Shown here: piece by piece, positions 29,100 through 37,771 of the stretch
Position numbering within the stretch: the first letter of the stretch is position 1
How the letters are laid out: each line of letters starts with the position of its first letter
Program-made: the position numbers and the translations under genes
The notes under the pieces: generated by a model
What the model saw: only the letters and a program-made list of their open reading frames with translations
Database searches by the model: none
Told to the model about the DNA's origin: nothing
Assembly (NCBI GenBank): GCA_016777225.1
Contig: JADHRW010000002.1
Coordinates: 193,284 to 257,283 of the forward strand
Direction: 5' to 3'
DNA length: 64,000 nucleotides
Source of the DNA: Candidatus Thalassarchaeum sp.
GTDB taxonomy: Archaea > Thermoplasmatota > Poseidoniia > Poseidoniales > Thalassarchaeaceae

Positions 29100-30133
29100 T
29101 CACGTGTCACCTCCAATGAACTAACTCTTGAAACTAGAATTATAATTGAAACAACATTCATTAGTATCAAAGAAACTATTGATAAGGATAATGAATGAGA
29201 ATAATTTAATTCTAAACCTAATAACCATTGACCCAAATGAGCAAGACAGTCATAGGGGCTCAAAATATATAATATCGAGGTTTCAAACTGAAGATCTACC
29301 AATAATGCAACTAATTTAGTCCCGTAAATTATACTCAAAAAGGCGATAGCGGAGAAAAATCTACTTTGACTTATGCTAGATAATGCTAAACCTATTGAAG
29401 TATATGTGATTACCAATAATATACTGCATAATAAACCAGATAAAAACATAGGTAAGGTGTCAATTAAGAATGCCCAACCTTCTCCTTTGAATACTATTGC
29501 TAGAGTATAATATGCCATGTAAGAAAATATAATAACGAAACCAAGAACTACAGCTACACTAAGATATTTCATCAAAGTATAATCGACTCTTGTCACTGGC
29601 CTAGAGAAATATATTGCACTGGTACCGTTTCTTCTGTCATCTGAGATCATACCACCTACAACTAGGGCTGTTAATAGTGGCCAATAGCATAGATTTCTAG
29701 GGAAGTAACCTAATACTTGACCCCATAAATTACTTCTATTAACCCCCCACATCTTATCAATAAAGCCGTCAGGTCCCCCACCAAATAACGATGAGAAAAA
29801 TAACATAGCAATTGGTGAAACAGCACCAATAAATATGACTAGAATTGTTAATCTTACAAAAGGGTTGTAGTTCCTATGTCCTTTTGAGGTAAATAAACCA
29901 AATACATGATGTCGAAATATTGCATAATTCCTCACCCATCTTGGACCAAGATTACCATCCCATGAACGATAATTTTGCTCAAAGATTGCACCGAGAGCCG
30001 CTTCTTCTTTTGCTACAATGGCAGAGGAGTCATTATCTCCATCATCTGAACCATACGCTGCCTCCATGCGCGTTTGACCACCATCTAAGTCAACCAAATC
30101 TTCACTCACGAGTTGCCTCTCCTGTATGTTCAA
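29096..30133 (-). CDS. ABC-2-type permease (6 TM) with an acidic cytoplasmic N-terminus
   Basis: The hydrophobic profile fits a 6-TM permease, and a 4-nt ATGA overlap couples it to the downstream ATPase. The start may be 30133 or the internal ATG at 30067. Confidence 0.6.
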   Translation of the reverse strand: MNIQERQLVSEDLVDLDGGQTRMEAAYGSDDGDNDSSAIVAKEEAALGAIFEQNYRSWDGNLGPRWVRNYAIFRHHVFGLFTSKGHRNYNPFVRLTILVIFIGAVSPIAMLFFSSLFGGGPDGFIDKMWGVNRSNLWGQVLGYFPRNLCYWPLLTALVVGGMISDDRRNGTSAIYFSRPVTRVDYTLMKYLSVAVVLGFVIIFSYMAYYTLAIVFKGEGWAFLIDTLPMFLSGLLCSILLVITYTSIGLALSSISQSRFFSAIAFLSIIYGTKLVALLVDLQFETSILYILSPYDCLAHLGQWLLGLELNYSHSLSLSIVSLILMNVVSIIILVSRVSSLEVTRE

Positions 30134-31100
30134 AAGTCATTAGATCAGAGGTTGTCTTGACCTCAGCACCTAATTTATCCATAATAAGTAAGAAAATATC
30201 TTCTAAATCAGGTTTATATTCGCCTAATCTTCTAATCTGCACATTACTTTCTACCGCACATTCTAAGATAATTGGAATAGTTTCTTCTGATTCTACTTTA
30301 ATTCTCATCACTCTACCAAGACGTCGGACAATGAGACCTCTGGATTCCAGAGTATCTTGCATACGAGATGAACCGCCCCAAACTGAAATTTCGATTTCTT
30401 CGTCAACCTGTTTGGCTAACTCATCAATTCTTCGATGAACGACTATTTTCCCTTTGTGAATCATTACTATACTTTCACATACTTCTTGAATGTCATCCAT
30501 TACATGCCCACTCATTAATACGGTTCGACCCCCTTGCTCGACAGTATTTCTGAGAGTCTTTAGCATAAAATCACGAGCCCTTTGATCGAGACCATTTGTT
30601 GGTTCATCGCAGATTAATATCTCGGGATCATGAATCAATGCGCATGCAAGTTTTGTTGCCTGTTTCATGCCTGAACTAAATGTTCCAATTTTACGGTATC
30701 TTTGTTCTTTGAGACCAACATACTCTAAAACTTCATGCGCTCTTTGAGTAGCTTGAGATGGATTCATTCCAATTAATTCACCTGAATATCGAACTTGGTC
30801 TACCGCTATGAGTTCAGGATCTAATGAATCATATTCAGGCATATATCCAATTTTTGAGCGTATTAAATCACCCTGAGTCCGAATATCATAGCCTAACACA
30901 TTACCTTCCCCTGAAGTTGTTGTAATCAAACCCAATATACATTTGAAAAAGGTAGATTTACCTGCTCCATTGGGCCCCAAAATACCTATAGCGCCTGGTT
31001 CAAGACTCAGATTTAGGCCTTCGAGGGCAATATGAGGTCCATACATTTTGACTAAATTTTTGGTTTCGATAACCAAGTTAGTCTTGGAATCATTAATCAT
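30102..31100 (-). CDS. ABC transporter ATP-binding protein (ABC-2 subfamily, with C-terminal accessory domain)
   Basis: Walker A is GPNGAGKST, the signature is FSSGMKQ and Walker B is ILICDEP, with an H-loop SGH. It is the first gene of the module. Confidence 0.9.
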   Translation of the reverse strand: MINDSKTNLVIETKNLVKMYGPHIALEGLNLSLEPGAIGILGPNGAGKSTFFKCILGLITTTSGEGNVLGYDIRTQGDLIRSKIGYMPEYDSLDPELIAVDQVRYSGELIGMNPSQATQRAHEVLEYVGLKEQRYRKIGTFSSGMKQATKLACALIHDPEILICDEPTNGLDQRARDFMLKTLRNTVEQGGRTVLMSGHVMDDIQEVCESIVMIHKGKIVVHRRIDELAKQVDEEIEISVWGGSSRMQDTLESRGLIVRRLGRVMRIKVESEETIPIILECAVESNVQIRRLGEYKPDLEDIFLLIMDKLGAEVKTTSDLMTFEHTGEATRE

Positions 31101-31109
31101 AAAATCACC

Positions 31110-31126
31110 GACACCCTATGGGTGTC
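31110..31126 (-). promoter_or_regulatory. GC-rich 7-bp hairpin directly abutting the Shine-Dalgarno sequence of the first ABC gene
   Basis: The plus strand reads GACACCC-TAT-GGGTGTC. On the coding strand it is followed by GGTGATTTT-ATG. The 5' arm CACC is also complementary to the GGTG SD. Confidence 0.35.
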
Positions 31127-31180
31127 ATCACTTCGTTAGAATTTGTGCTATTGAATGAATCGCCTGCAAGACCTGAGTTA

Positions 31181-33349
31181 TTAATCTGAATCTTTCAGAG
31201 CACCATCACGTACCCTAACTGCTAATCCTTTGGTAAGATATGCCATTTCACGTGCTGTTGTAATAGCAAGACCATGGGCAACTAGACCACCTTCCTTATC
31301 TACAACTATACAAGGTTGCCCTGGAATAAGATGAGGATCTGCTCCTAATACATATCCTTGCATAACATTCCTTCCAAGACCTACAAATGGAATTGCATCA
31401 TCAATAATCATTACTCTGGCAAGACCCGGGTGGTCTAATTCATCACCATCATATTCTTCACCAAAATTAAGAGGTGGTTCAGAATAAAATGAATTAATTA
31501 TCTTTGCACCTTCAAGGGTTAGAGATATTCCACCATCATTCAATCTTGGAGAAATAGTATGCACTCCATCTGTATATACATTTACCATTCTATTTGTTTT
31601 CGACCTTCTACTAGTCAAATTAGACGTTAATTTACAACCCAGAGAGGGAGATATACCATTGAGTACTGATAATTTATCGACAATTGCACACCTATCAAGC
31701 CAATCTCTGATTTCTTTGCTTCCTTCTATACGTTCATCAGGTGCTGGACCAGGAGATATTCGAATAAATGGTAAATCTAACAAATCTAATTCATATAATT
31801 CCTGAGTTATTTCTTCTTCATCAAGGGGTAAGTCCCAAACATCATCAGAGCAATCAATATGACACCAAGGAGATACATCTTCCATACTGTAAGGTATCAG
31901 TCCAATAGGAGTAGAAATGAGAATAATTGAGTTAGGTTCATCATCCAAACAAGAAATTACTGTATGTAAAGAACTATCTCTCCAAGGTGGTTTAGACCCT
32001 TCAATAATTACAACTCTTTTGGGGTCTTGTAAAGAACCATTCCACCAAGAACCGGGGATTCTCCATCTCATAGAAAGTAATGACTTGAAGTGTAAAATGT
32101 GGGGCCTCTCCTCGATATCATCTACCAAATTCTCACCGCCACTTCTAACAGGATTAGTGGAAGAAATCATCCTCATTGAAGATATACCAACAGGACCTTC
32201 ATCGGGATCATTTAATTGTTCGAGAATCCACAAGAAGGCATCTCTTAATTGTGCAGAACAATGACTTCTTTCTTCTGCAAGATTCCAAATCTTGCCATTC
32301 CTTACTGCTTCACGACAACGAGCCAACTCAGATTGAGTTACTTCTAAATTATGTCTTGCAAGTATTCTTTCACGCTCTTTAGAATCTAATTTTCTAACTT
32401 CATCTGGCGTCCAATTAAATAATTCAGATGATTGATGAGGCCATTCTTTAATCTCTTCTAATCTTACTGTTCCTGTTGGTGTAAGAAGTCTTCCTCCTCT
32501 TGCAAAAAGTGCATATGCTGCTGAATCAAAAATATCTACTCCAAGCGCTATGGACATCGGGAAAAGTAATGGATGACCACAGCCGAAAAGATGTATTGGC
32601 CGATTAGGAGGTAAAGTAGACTTAGCAGACAGGAGAATTTGAAATAATTCTCTATATTTTTGATTTTCCATCAAAGGCACAATTCCACCTATAGGGTGAA
32701 TGGTGAAGCCTCTATAATCTCCTTGAATACCACCCATCAGTTCTCCCGATAATGCCCTAAGATCGTCATGAAGGCCACCTTGTATAGGACCATTTAGTAG
32801 TAAATTTTCACCCGCTTTCTCAAGAGAAATTGGACCTCTTTCTGCGGTAATTTCAACCGCTGAAATAAGTTCTTCACGACTCATGTCTGGCCTACCAAAT
32901 ACATCAAGCATGGTCCCTATGTCTACTCCAATATCTCTCTGAAATTCAATAATCTCTTCTACACCAACTTCAACATCACCATAAACATATGATTGGAATG
33001 TTCCTGAATCAGTTACAATAGTCCCTGGGAAGTCAAGTAATTTATGTACACCCTTATCTAAAGCATATTCACTCAAATCATCATGTTTCCACATAACATA
33101 AGAATTTGTTATTAGGCCCTCCACCCTATACTTATCCCACATTTCTCTAGGCTCTATTGTTCTAATATTAGGATTAACTACTGGAAGTAGCATAGGAGTA
33201 TTCAGTAAACCATGTTTAGTATGTATACGACCGATTCTAGCAGCACCATCTCTTTGTAAAATTTCGAATTTGCCAAGATCTTGTGGGCGGCAAGGAACAG
33301 GGTCAGGACGAATATTCACAGAAGGTCTGTGATGCCTGTTAGTCATCAA
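31181..33349 (-). CDS. tgtA: archaeosine tRNA-guanine transglycosylase (ArcTGT) with C-terminal PUA domain
   Basis: Motifs are GRIHTKHGLLNTPMLLPVVNP, catalytic TDSGTFQ, LFGCGHP...DIFDSAAY and HNLEV. The C-terminal PUA-like segment is IPFVGLGRNVMQGYVLGAD...GLVAHG. At 722 aa it is longer than typical ArcTGT. Confidence 0.88.
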   Translation of the reverse strand: MMTNRHHRPSVNIRPDPVPCRPQDLGKFEILQRDGAARIGRIHTKHGLLNTPMLLPVVNPNIRTIEPREMWDKYRVEGLITNSYVMWKHDDLSEYALDKGVHKLLDFPGTIVTDSGTFQSYVYGDVEVGVEEIIEFQRDIGVDIGTMLDVFGRPDMSREELISAVEITAERGPISLEKAGENLLLNGPIQGGLHDDLRALSGELMGGIQGDYRGFTIHPIGGIVPLMENQKYRELFQILLSAKSTLPPNRPIHLFGCGHPLLFPMSIALGVDIFDSAAYALFARGGRLLTPTGTVRLEEIKEWPHQSSELFNWTPDEVRKLDSKERERILARHNLEVTQSELARCREAVRNGKIWNLAEERSHCSAQLRDAFLWILEQLNDPDEGPVGISSMRMISSTNPVRSGGENLVDDIEERPHILHFKSLLSMRWRIPGSWWNGSLQDPKRVVIIEGSKPPWRDSSLHTVISCLDDEPNSIILISTPIGLIPYSMEDVSPWCHIDCSDDVWDLPLDEEEITQELYELDLLDLPFIRISPGPAPDERIEGSKEIRDWLDRCAIVDKLSVLNGISPSLGCKLTSNLTSRRSKTNRMVNVYTDGVHTISPRLNDGGISLTLEGAKIINSFYSEPPLNFGEEYDGDELDHPGLARVMIIDDAIPFVGLGRNVMQGYVLGADPHLIPGQPCIVVDKEGGLVAHGLAITTAREMAYLTKGLAVRVRDGALKDSD

Positions 33350-35091
33350 TCCTCGCTTGTACGAGATAAGATTGAAACACTAACTATTCCATTAACTAGA
33401 GTCATTAAAATTTGGTCTCCACTATTAATTTCCATGGTTGGATTAAGATCAAAACCATGAGCATAAGGGACGTTCAGTAAAGATGCAGCGGGTAGGGTTA
33501 GTGGGCATACATCACAATTGACTATAGCTTTCGGTCCTTTACCAGTATAAATTAAACCCATTAAAACAAATGGAGCAACAGTGGAACCGGATCCTTTGGG
33601 ATATATCAGAATTGTATCTTCAATAGGTATACCATCAAGTGGATGCCCATTCTCTTCAATAACTCCAGTATCTCTATTCACATATCCTAAGTAAGTTATT
33701 GGGACATCAGTAACTAGGGCTTTACCTTCTATTGACCACTCTTCCTGACTTGGAAGACTTTTTCCAAGAAGATTTATTTCACCTGATTTATATGACTTGT
33801 TAGAAAACATCGGCTTGACATTATTAGATTCCAGCGTGGGCCTAGGAGACTGAATCAAAGTTGGGTCAAAGGCATGTGCTATACATTCTGAAATTGTAGA
33901 TACGCTAGTAGGCATTTTATTCAAACCTGAAGTGAGATAATGTTCTGCCTTGAGAGAATTTGTTAAAATATGATTATATTTATTCCTATTATATGGAGTA
34001 ACTTCTGGACATGTATCTTTCAAAACTAGAGCACCTGCTTCTTCAAGAATATCTATAGTACCATCTGATTCTAATATCTCATAATTATGACCACTTGTAA
34101 ATATCCATAATCTTTGATTTGGTATTGTTTCACCTAATTCCATTTTGGAACGAACAAAAGAAGCTGCTGTCCTAACTTCACCGACGCTAGCTTGCGGACA
34201 ACCAATCACAACTAAATCTACAATTCCCTTGGGAGCTAACTGTTGATAACGAAGCTGTAAATCACTTTCAGAAAACACTAGTTCACCCTCAAAAGATTCA
34301 GTACTTGGCGGCTTAGGTGTATGACCATCAGCCCAAAGCATTGGACAACCATAGTTCGCAGCAGCTGCAGTTAATGCCTTACGCATTTCAAAACTAGCAA
34401 ATTCAGGGAGTCCAGAAATATGAGGCATCATCCCCCATGGTAATTTCCATTCAGGCCGAATTTGTTTTCCAATCCAGTCTCCCAGCACACTCCAGTCTGA
34501 AATATCCTCCATAGAACACTTAACTCTCACATGAATATTGGGAATACGATTCTTTTCAAGATGAAGACCCCATAAAGGAGCCCAGCCAGTTAATGCAGTA
34601 GCTAGTGCGGACAAACCTGATTCTCTATTAGTGATTAGAGAAGTATATGAATTTGAGAAACAAACAGCATTAGATTCTGCCCATGACCCTATTCCATCTG
34701 CTAATTCAACACCTCTATCATATGGCGTACAAGACAATGTCGCATCAATTCCAAGATTTGAATAAGCCTCAATAATTTCAAATTGATGTTTCAAAAAATC
34801 AGGATAATCGATTCCCATTTGTTCCATTTTTTCTCTATCACAACCTGCAGAATTCAGAGTCGTAGGTATGGATACAACACCTTCATCATCGCCCGAAAGA
34901 TCAGACAAAAATCTACGAAGCCCATGTCCTCCTGTAATTACACTAACACCTGAAACATGAGCATGTTCGCATCGGATAAATTCTGTAGCACCTGCTGTTG
35001 AAGCAAGATCAATTACAAGTCTTGCTGCCTTCTGTTTAGTAGTACCATGTTCACCATCAAGCATCGAAATTAAGTCACTTGGTACATTCAC
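33346..35091 (-). CDS. aconitase X family protein, fused catalytic (DUF521) and swivel (DUF126) domains
   Basis: The N-terminus MLDGEHGTTKQKAARLVIDLA and the overall length fit DUF521. The C-terminal ~130 aa are DUF126-like (GKALV...PITYLGYVNRDTGVI...ILIYPKGSGSTV). The stop overlaps the tgtA start by 4 nt. Confidence 0.6.
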   Translation of the reverse strand: MNVPSDLISMLDGEHGTTKQKAARLVIDLASTAGATEFIRCEHAHVSGVSVITGGHGLRRFLSDLSGDDEGVVSIPTTLNSAGCDREKMEQMGIDYPDFLKHQFEIIEAYSNLGIDATLSCTPYDRGVELADGIGSWAESNAVCFSNSYTSLITNRESGLSALATALTGWAPLWGLHLEKNRIPNIHVRVKCSMEDISDWSVLGDWIGKQIRPEWKLPWGMMPHISGLPEFASFEMRKALTAAAANYGCPMLWADGHTPKPPSTESFEGELVFSESDLQLRYQQLAPKGIVDLVVIGCPQASVGEVRTAASFVRSKMELGETIPNQRLWIFTSGHNYEILESDGTIDILEEAGALVLKDTCPEVTPYNRNKYNHILTNSLKAEHYLTSGLNKMPTSVSTISECIAHAFDPTLIQSPRPTLESNNVKPMFSNKSYKSGEINLLGKSLPSQEEWSIEGKALVTDVPITYLGYVNRDTGVIEENGHPLDGIPIEDTILIYPKGSGSTVAPFVLMGLIYTGKGPKAIVNCDVCPLTLPAASLLNVPYAHGFDLNPTMEINSGDQILMTLVNGIVSVSILSRTSED

Positions 35092-35148
35092 AAGTAGCGG
35101 GTAACGTAGGAACTCAATAAAGCATAAAGGTGATTTTTAGGATATTGC

Positions 35149-35880
35149 CTAACTTCTTTGTCTTTGTGCTTCAATCGCGACCGCACTTAATGGTGCTTGT
35201 AAATTAAATGAAGGAACAAAACCTGACATAGGTATACGGACTATCTCATCTGATTCTGATAATATCTCAGATGAAATACCATTTTTCTCACCGCCTACTA
35301 CAAGAATTATATCTCCAGTCATATCGACATCCCAAGGAGCCGATGTACCTACATCTTCTACAGCTATAATTCTGAATCCAGATTTTTTTGCCATCTTTAT
35401 GGCATCAAGTCCAGGCGTCCAATGTACAGGTATGAATCTATGAGCTTTCATGGAAGCACGTTTAGCAGCACTTCTTTCTGGATTATTTAGTTCTGCATCA
35501 ACTATTACAGCGCTGGCTCCGGAAACTTCTGCTGTCCTTATACAAAAACCAATATTGACAGGGTAAGCTGCACCAGCAAGAAGCCATACAAGACCTCCGT
35601 TAGAGAATACTTCTTGCAATGACAAATCTGGATTACGACCAACTAAAGCAAGTACATTCGGAATTCCCTGGCTATTATCACGTGACATCCTCCAAAGGTC
35701 ATTCTCGGACCCAAAAATAATTTTGATGCCGGAACTTTCGGCATATTCCAGTATGTTCTGAAGCTTTGCGGTTTCTGAATCTCTTTTTACTAAAATGAGA
35801 CTTATATTTTCATTATTATCAATAGCTGCAAGGATTTCATCTTCACCACACCTCTGCATATTCATATCTTGCACCTTCAA
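35149..35880 (-). CDS. SpoU/TrmH-family RNA 2'-O-methyltransferase
   Basis: The C-terminal knot motifs are LVVGGEKNGIS...VRIPMSGFVPSFNLQAPLSAVAIE. Confidence 0.75.
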   Translation of the reverse strand: MKVQDMNMQRCGEDEILAAIDNNENISLILVKRDSETAKLQNILEYAESSGIKIIFGSENDLWRMSRDNSQGIPNVLALVGRNPDLSLQEVFSNGGLVWLLAGAAYPVNIGFCIRTAEVSGASAVIVDAELNNPERSAAKRASMKAHRFIPVHWTPGLDAIKMAKKSGFRIIAVEDVGTSAPWDVDMTGDIILVVGGEKNGISSEILSESDEIVRIPMSGFVPSFNLQAPLSAVAIEAQRQRS

Positions 35881-35895
35881 CTATATCATTTGAAA

Positions 35896-36438
35896 CTAAG
35901 AGTTATCTTTTATAGGGATTAATATTTCATTTCTTCTGAGAAAAGGCAATGTTGTCCAAGGATTATCATAAACTGCTAAAACCTGAGGTGAAATCGCTTC
36001 TAATTTATTCTGAGAAATTAATTTTAAAAGATGATTGCTTAATTTTTCAATCTTCTTTTCACCCGTGAAACCAGAAAATTTCATCACGGCGGTTAATCGT
36101 CCTGTCACTTCAACTATCTCAATGGATGAATTATTTGGAATTGGTAAATCGGATAAATCATGCTCTGAAGGCATGGTAAAAGCCATTTTCATTATTCCCT
36201 GATCACTCCACATATGAACAGGAGCTGTCATTGCAATTTTTTGACCTGAATTGTTCCCTCCAAATATATATCCAGCTATGATTCTGAAACCACTAGATGA
36301 ACTGTTACTAATATTATCTTTTGAAGCGATACGGGCTTGTATTGTATCATGGTAAAGACGGATCTCAAAAGAATCGAAACTACGAATCAAATCGTATTTT
36401 GGCTCCTCAAGTTTTTCAGACATCTGTCTTTCACTCAA
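35896..36438 (-). CDS. SOUL heme-binding family protein
   Basis: FEIRLY...GFRIIAGYIFGGN...IAMTAPV is the SOUL/HEBP pattern. Confidence 0.7.
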   Translation of the reverse strand: MSERQMSEKLEEPKYDLIRSFDSFEIRLYHDTIQARIASKDNISNSSSSGFRIIAGYIFGGNNSGQKIAMTAPVHMWSDQGIMKMAFTMPSEHDLSDLPIPNNSSIEIVEVTGRLTAVMKFSGFTGEKKIEKLSNHLLKLISQNKLEAISPQVLAVYDNPWTTLPFLRRNEILIPIKDNS

Positions 36439-36628
36439 TTCTAGAATCTATACTCTTTAGTAAATCTCTGATTTCAACAAGTACCTCGTTAGAACTAATT
36501 GAGGACCCTGTTTGTTGAGGATTGGAAATTAATGAGTCTCTTTGCCTAAGTACAAGGTCGCGGAATTGCTCTGAGTTTTTTACACCGGTCAAGATAAATG
36601 GAGCGGCACCTGCAGTCTCGAATTGCAT
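36431..36628 (-). CDS. C-terminal fragment of a bPH_2 (YdbS-like) protein, separated from the upstream ORF by an in-frame TGA
   Basis: It begins MQFETAGAAPFILTGVKNSEQFRDLV, which is the second half of the bPH_2 domain (l.i.TAG....l.Gv.n). The ATG immediately follows the TGA of ORF 36629-36952 in the same frame. Confidence 0.5.
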   Translation of the reverse strand: MQFETAGAAPFILTGVKNSEQFRDLVLRQRDSLISNPQQTGSSISSNEVLVEIRDLLKSIDSRIE

Positions 36629-36952
36629 TCAGACAACACCTAATGCATTCAGAATAGGGCCCTCATGTATTGATACATCAGTTAGTTTATCTAATGGAAT
36701 ATTCTGCTGTTTCTTGAACATCCAACCCATTCGCATATTAACGGAACGGTCAGTCAAAGCAGCAGACATATGCTCATACTGTTTCTTATGAATCAACCAT
36801 CCAAACGGCACCCAAAAAACCATTACCACTATACCAACAACACTGGCTAGTAGAGATAGGTTAGCAACTAACCACCAGTAAATAATTATCTTTTTATCAA
36901 ATTCAACAGCCATAATATGGCCACTGTCGGCATAACCTTCTGAAGATTCCAT
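36629..36952 (-). CDS. N-terminal part of a bPH_2 (YdbS-like) membrane protein, truncated by TGA
   Basis: Two TM helices are followed by LTDRSVNMRMGWMFKKQQNIPLDKLTDVSIHEGPILNALGVV. This is the first half of the bPH_2 domain, ending mid-domain. Confidence 0.6.
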   Translation of the reverse strand: MESSEGYADSGHIMAVEFDKKIIIYWWLVANLSLLASVVGIVVMVFWVPFGWLIHKKQYEHMSAALTDRSVNMRMGWMFKKQQNIPLDKLTDVSIHEGPILNALGVV

Positions 36953-36982
36953 GTAATTTGCAATACAAAGCCATTATTCAAA

Positions 36983-37759
36983 TTATCGTTTTATATGTCT
37001 AAAAATAGGGATTGGATGCATTTTATGAGAATTCAGTAAATTAAATTTCAGATAAATTTTCATCACTTCTGCGAGTCTTTCATTAAGTTCTTTTTCAGCG
37101 GAGGGGTTTTCAATTTCATTCATAGCCCATTCTAATTCATCATATGTTGCACCTATTTGATCTTCATCAGTTCTACCATCAGACCAAAGGCCATCAGTAG
37201 GAGCAGCGTCTTGGATTTCTTGAATGATACCTAAAAATTCTGCTAACTGATATACTTCTGATTTATATAAATCAGCAATGGGAGAAATATCAACTCCTCC
37301 ATCACCATATTTGGTGAAGAATCCAACTCCGAAGTCTTCAACTTTATTTCCAGTCCCCACTACTATACCATTATTTGAACCAGCCAATGAATATAATGCG
37401 GCCATTCTGATTCTAGCTCTAGTATTTGCCATAGCAATATCAGAGACTTCTTTCTTACTAAGTTCATTTTTCAGTACATCAAAAGTTTCTGATAAGTTAA
37501 TTACATGACTTTCAACATTATCCCAATTTTCTCTCAACCACATCATATGTTGGTTAGAAAGATTATACTCAGAATCGTTCTGATGTATCGGCATATTGAC
37601 TACTAGAGTCGTTAAACCTGTTTTAGCACAAAGTGTAGAAGTCACAGCAGAATCGATACCTCCTGAAACTCCAACTACTAGAGTAGAAATATTATTGATA
37701 TTAGCATAATTCAAAATCCAATTGGAGATATCCTCACTGAGAGTCTTCAATTTTGTCAT
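36983..37759 (-). CDS. nadE: NH3-dependent NAD+ synthetase
   Basis: The PP-loop VVGVSGGIDSAV is present, and the length and C-terminal motifs are typical of NadE. Confidence 0.88.
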   Translation of the reverse strand: MTKLKTLSEDISNWILNYANINNISTLVVGVSGGIDSAVTSTLCAKTGLTTLVVNMPIHQNDSEYNLSNQHMMWLRENWDNVESHVINLSETFDVLKNELSKKEVSDIAMANTRARIRMAALYSLAGSNNGIVVGTGNKVEDFGVGFFTKYGDGGVDISPIADLYKSEVYQLAEFLGIIQEIQDAAPTDGLWSDGRTDEDQIGATYDELEWAMNEIENPSAEKELNERLAEVMKIYLKFNLLNSHKMHPIPIFRHIKR

Positions 37760-37771
37760 TTTAATACAACC

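Noticed and set aside
29920-30438. A 172-aa plus-strand ORF across the ABC ATPase/permease junction
   Set aside because: It is antisense to two strongly supported ABC genes. It has no recognisable motif, and its composition is typical of a shadow frame.
36629-36631. Selenocysteine as the explanation for the in-frame TGA in the bPH gene
   Set aside because: The position lies in a structural beta-strand region of a non-redox PH domain. I saw no SECIS-like stem-loop downstream and no selenoprotein machinery in the window. A nonsense mutation, sequencing error or readthrough is more parsimonious.
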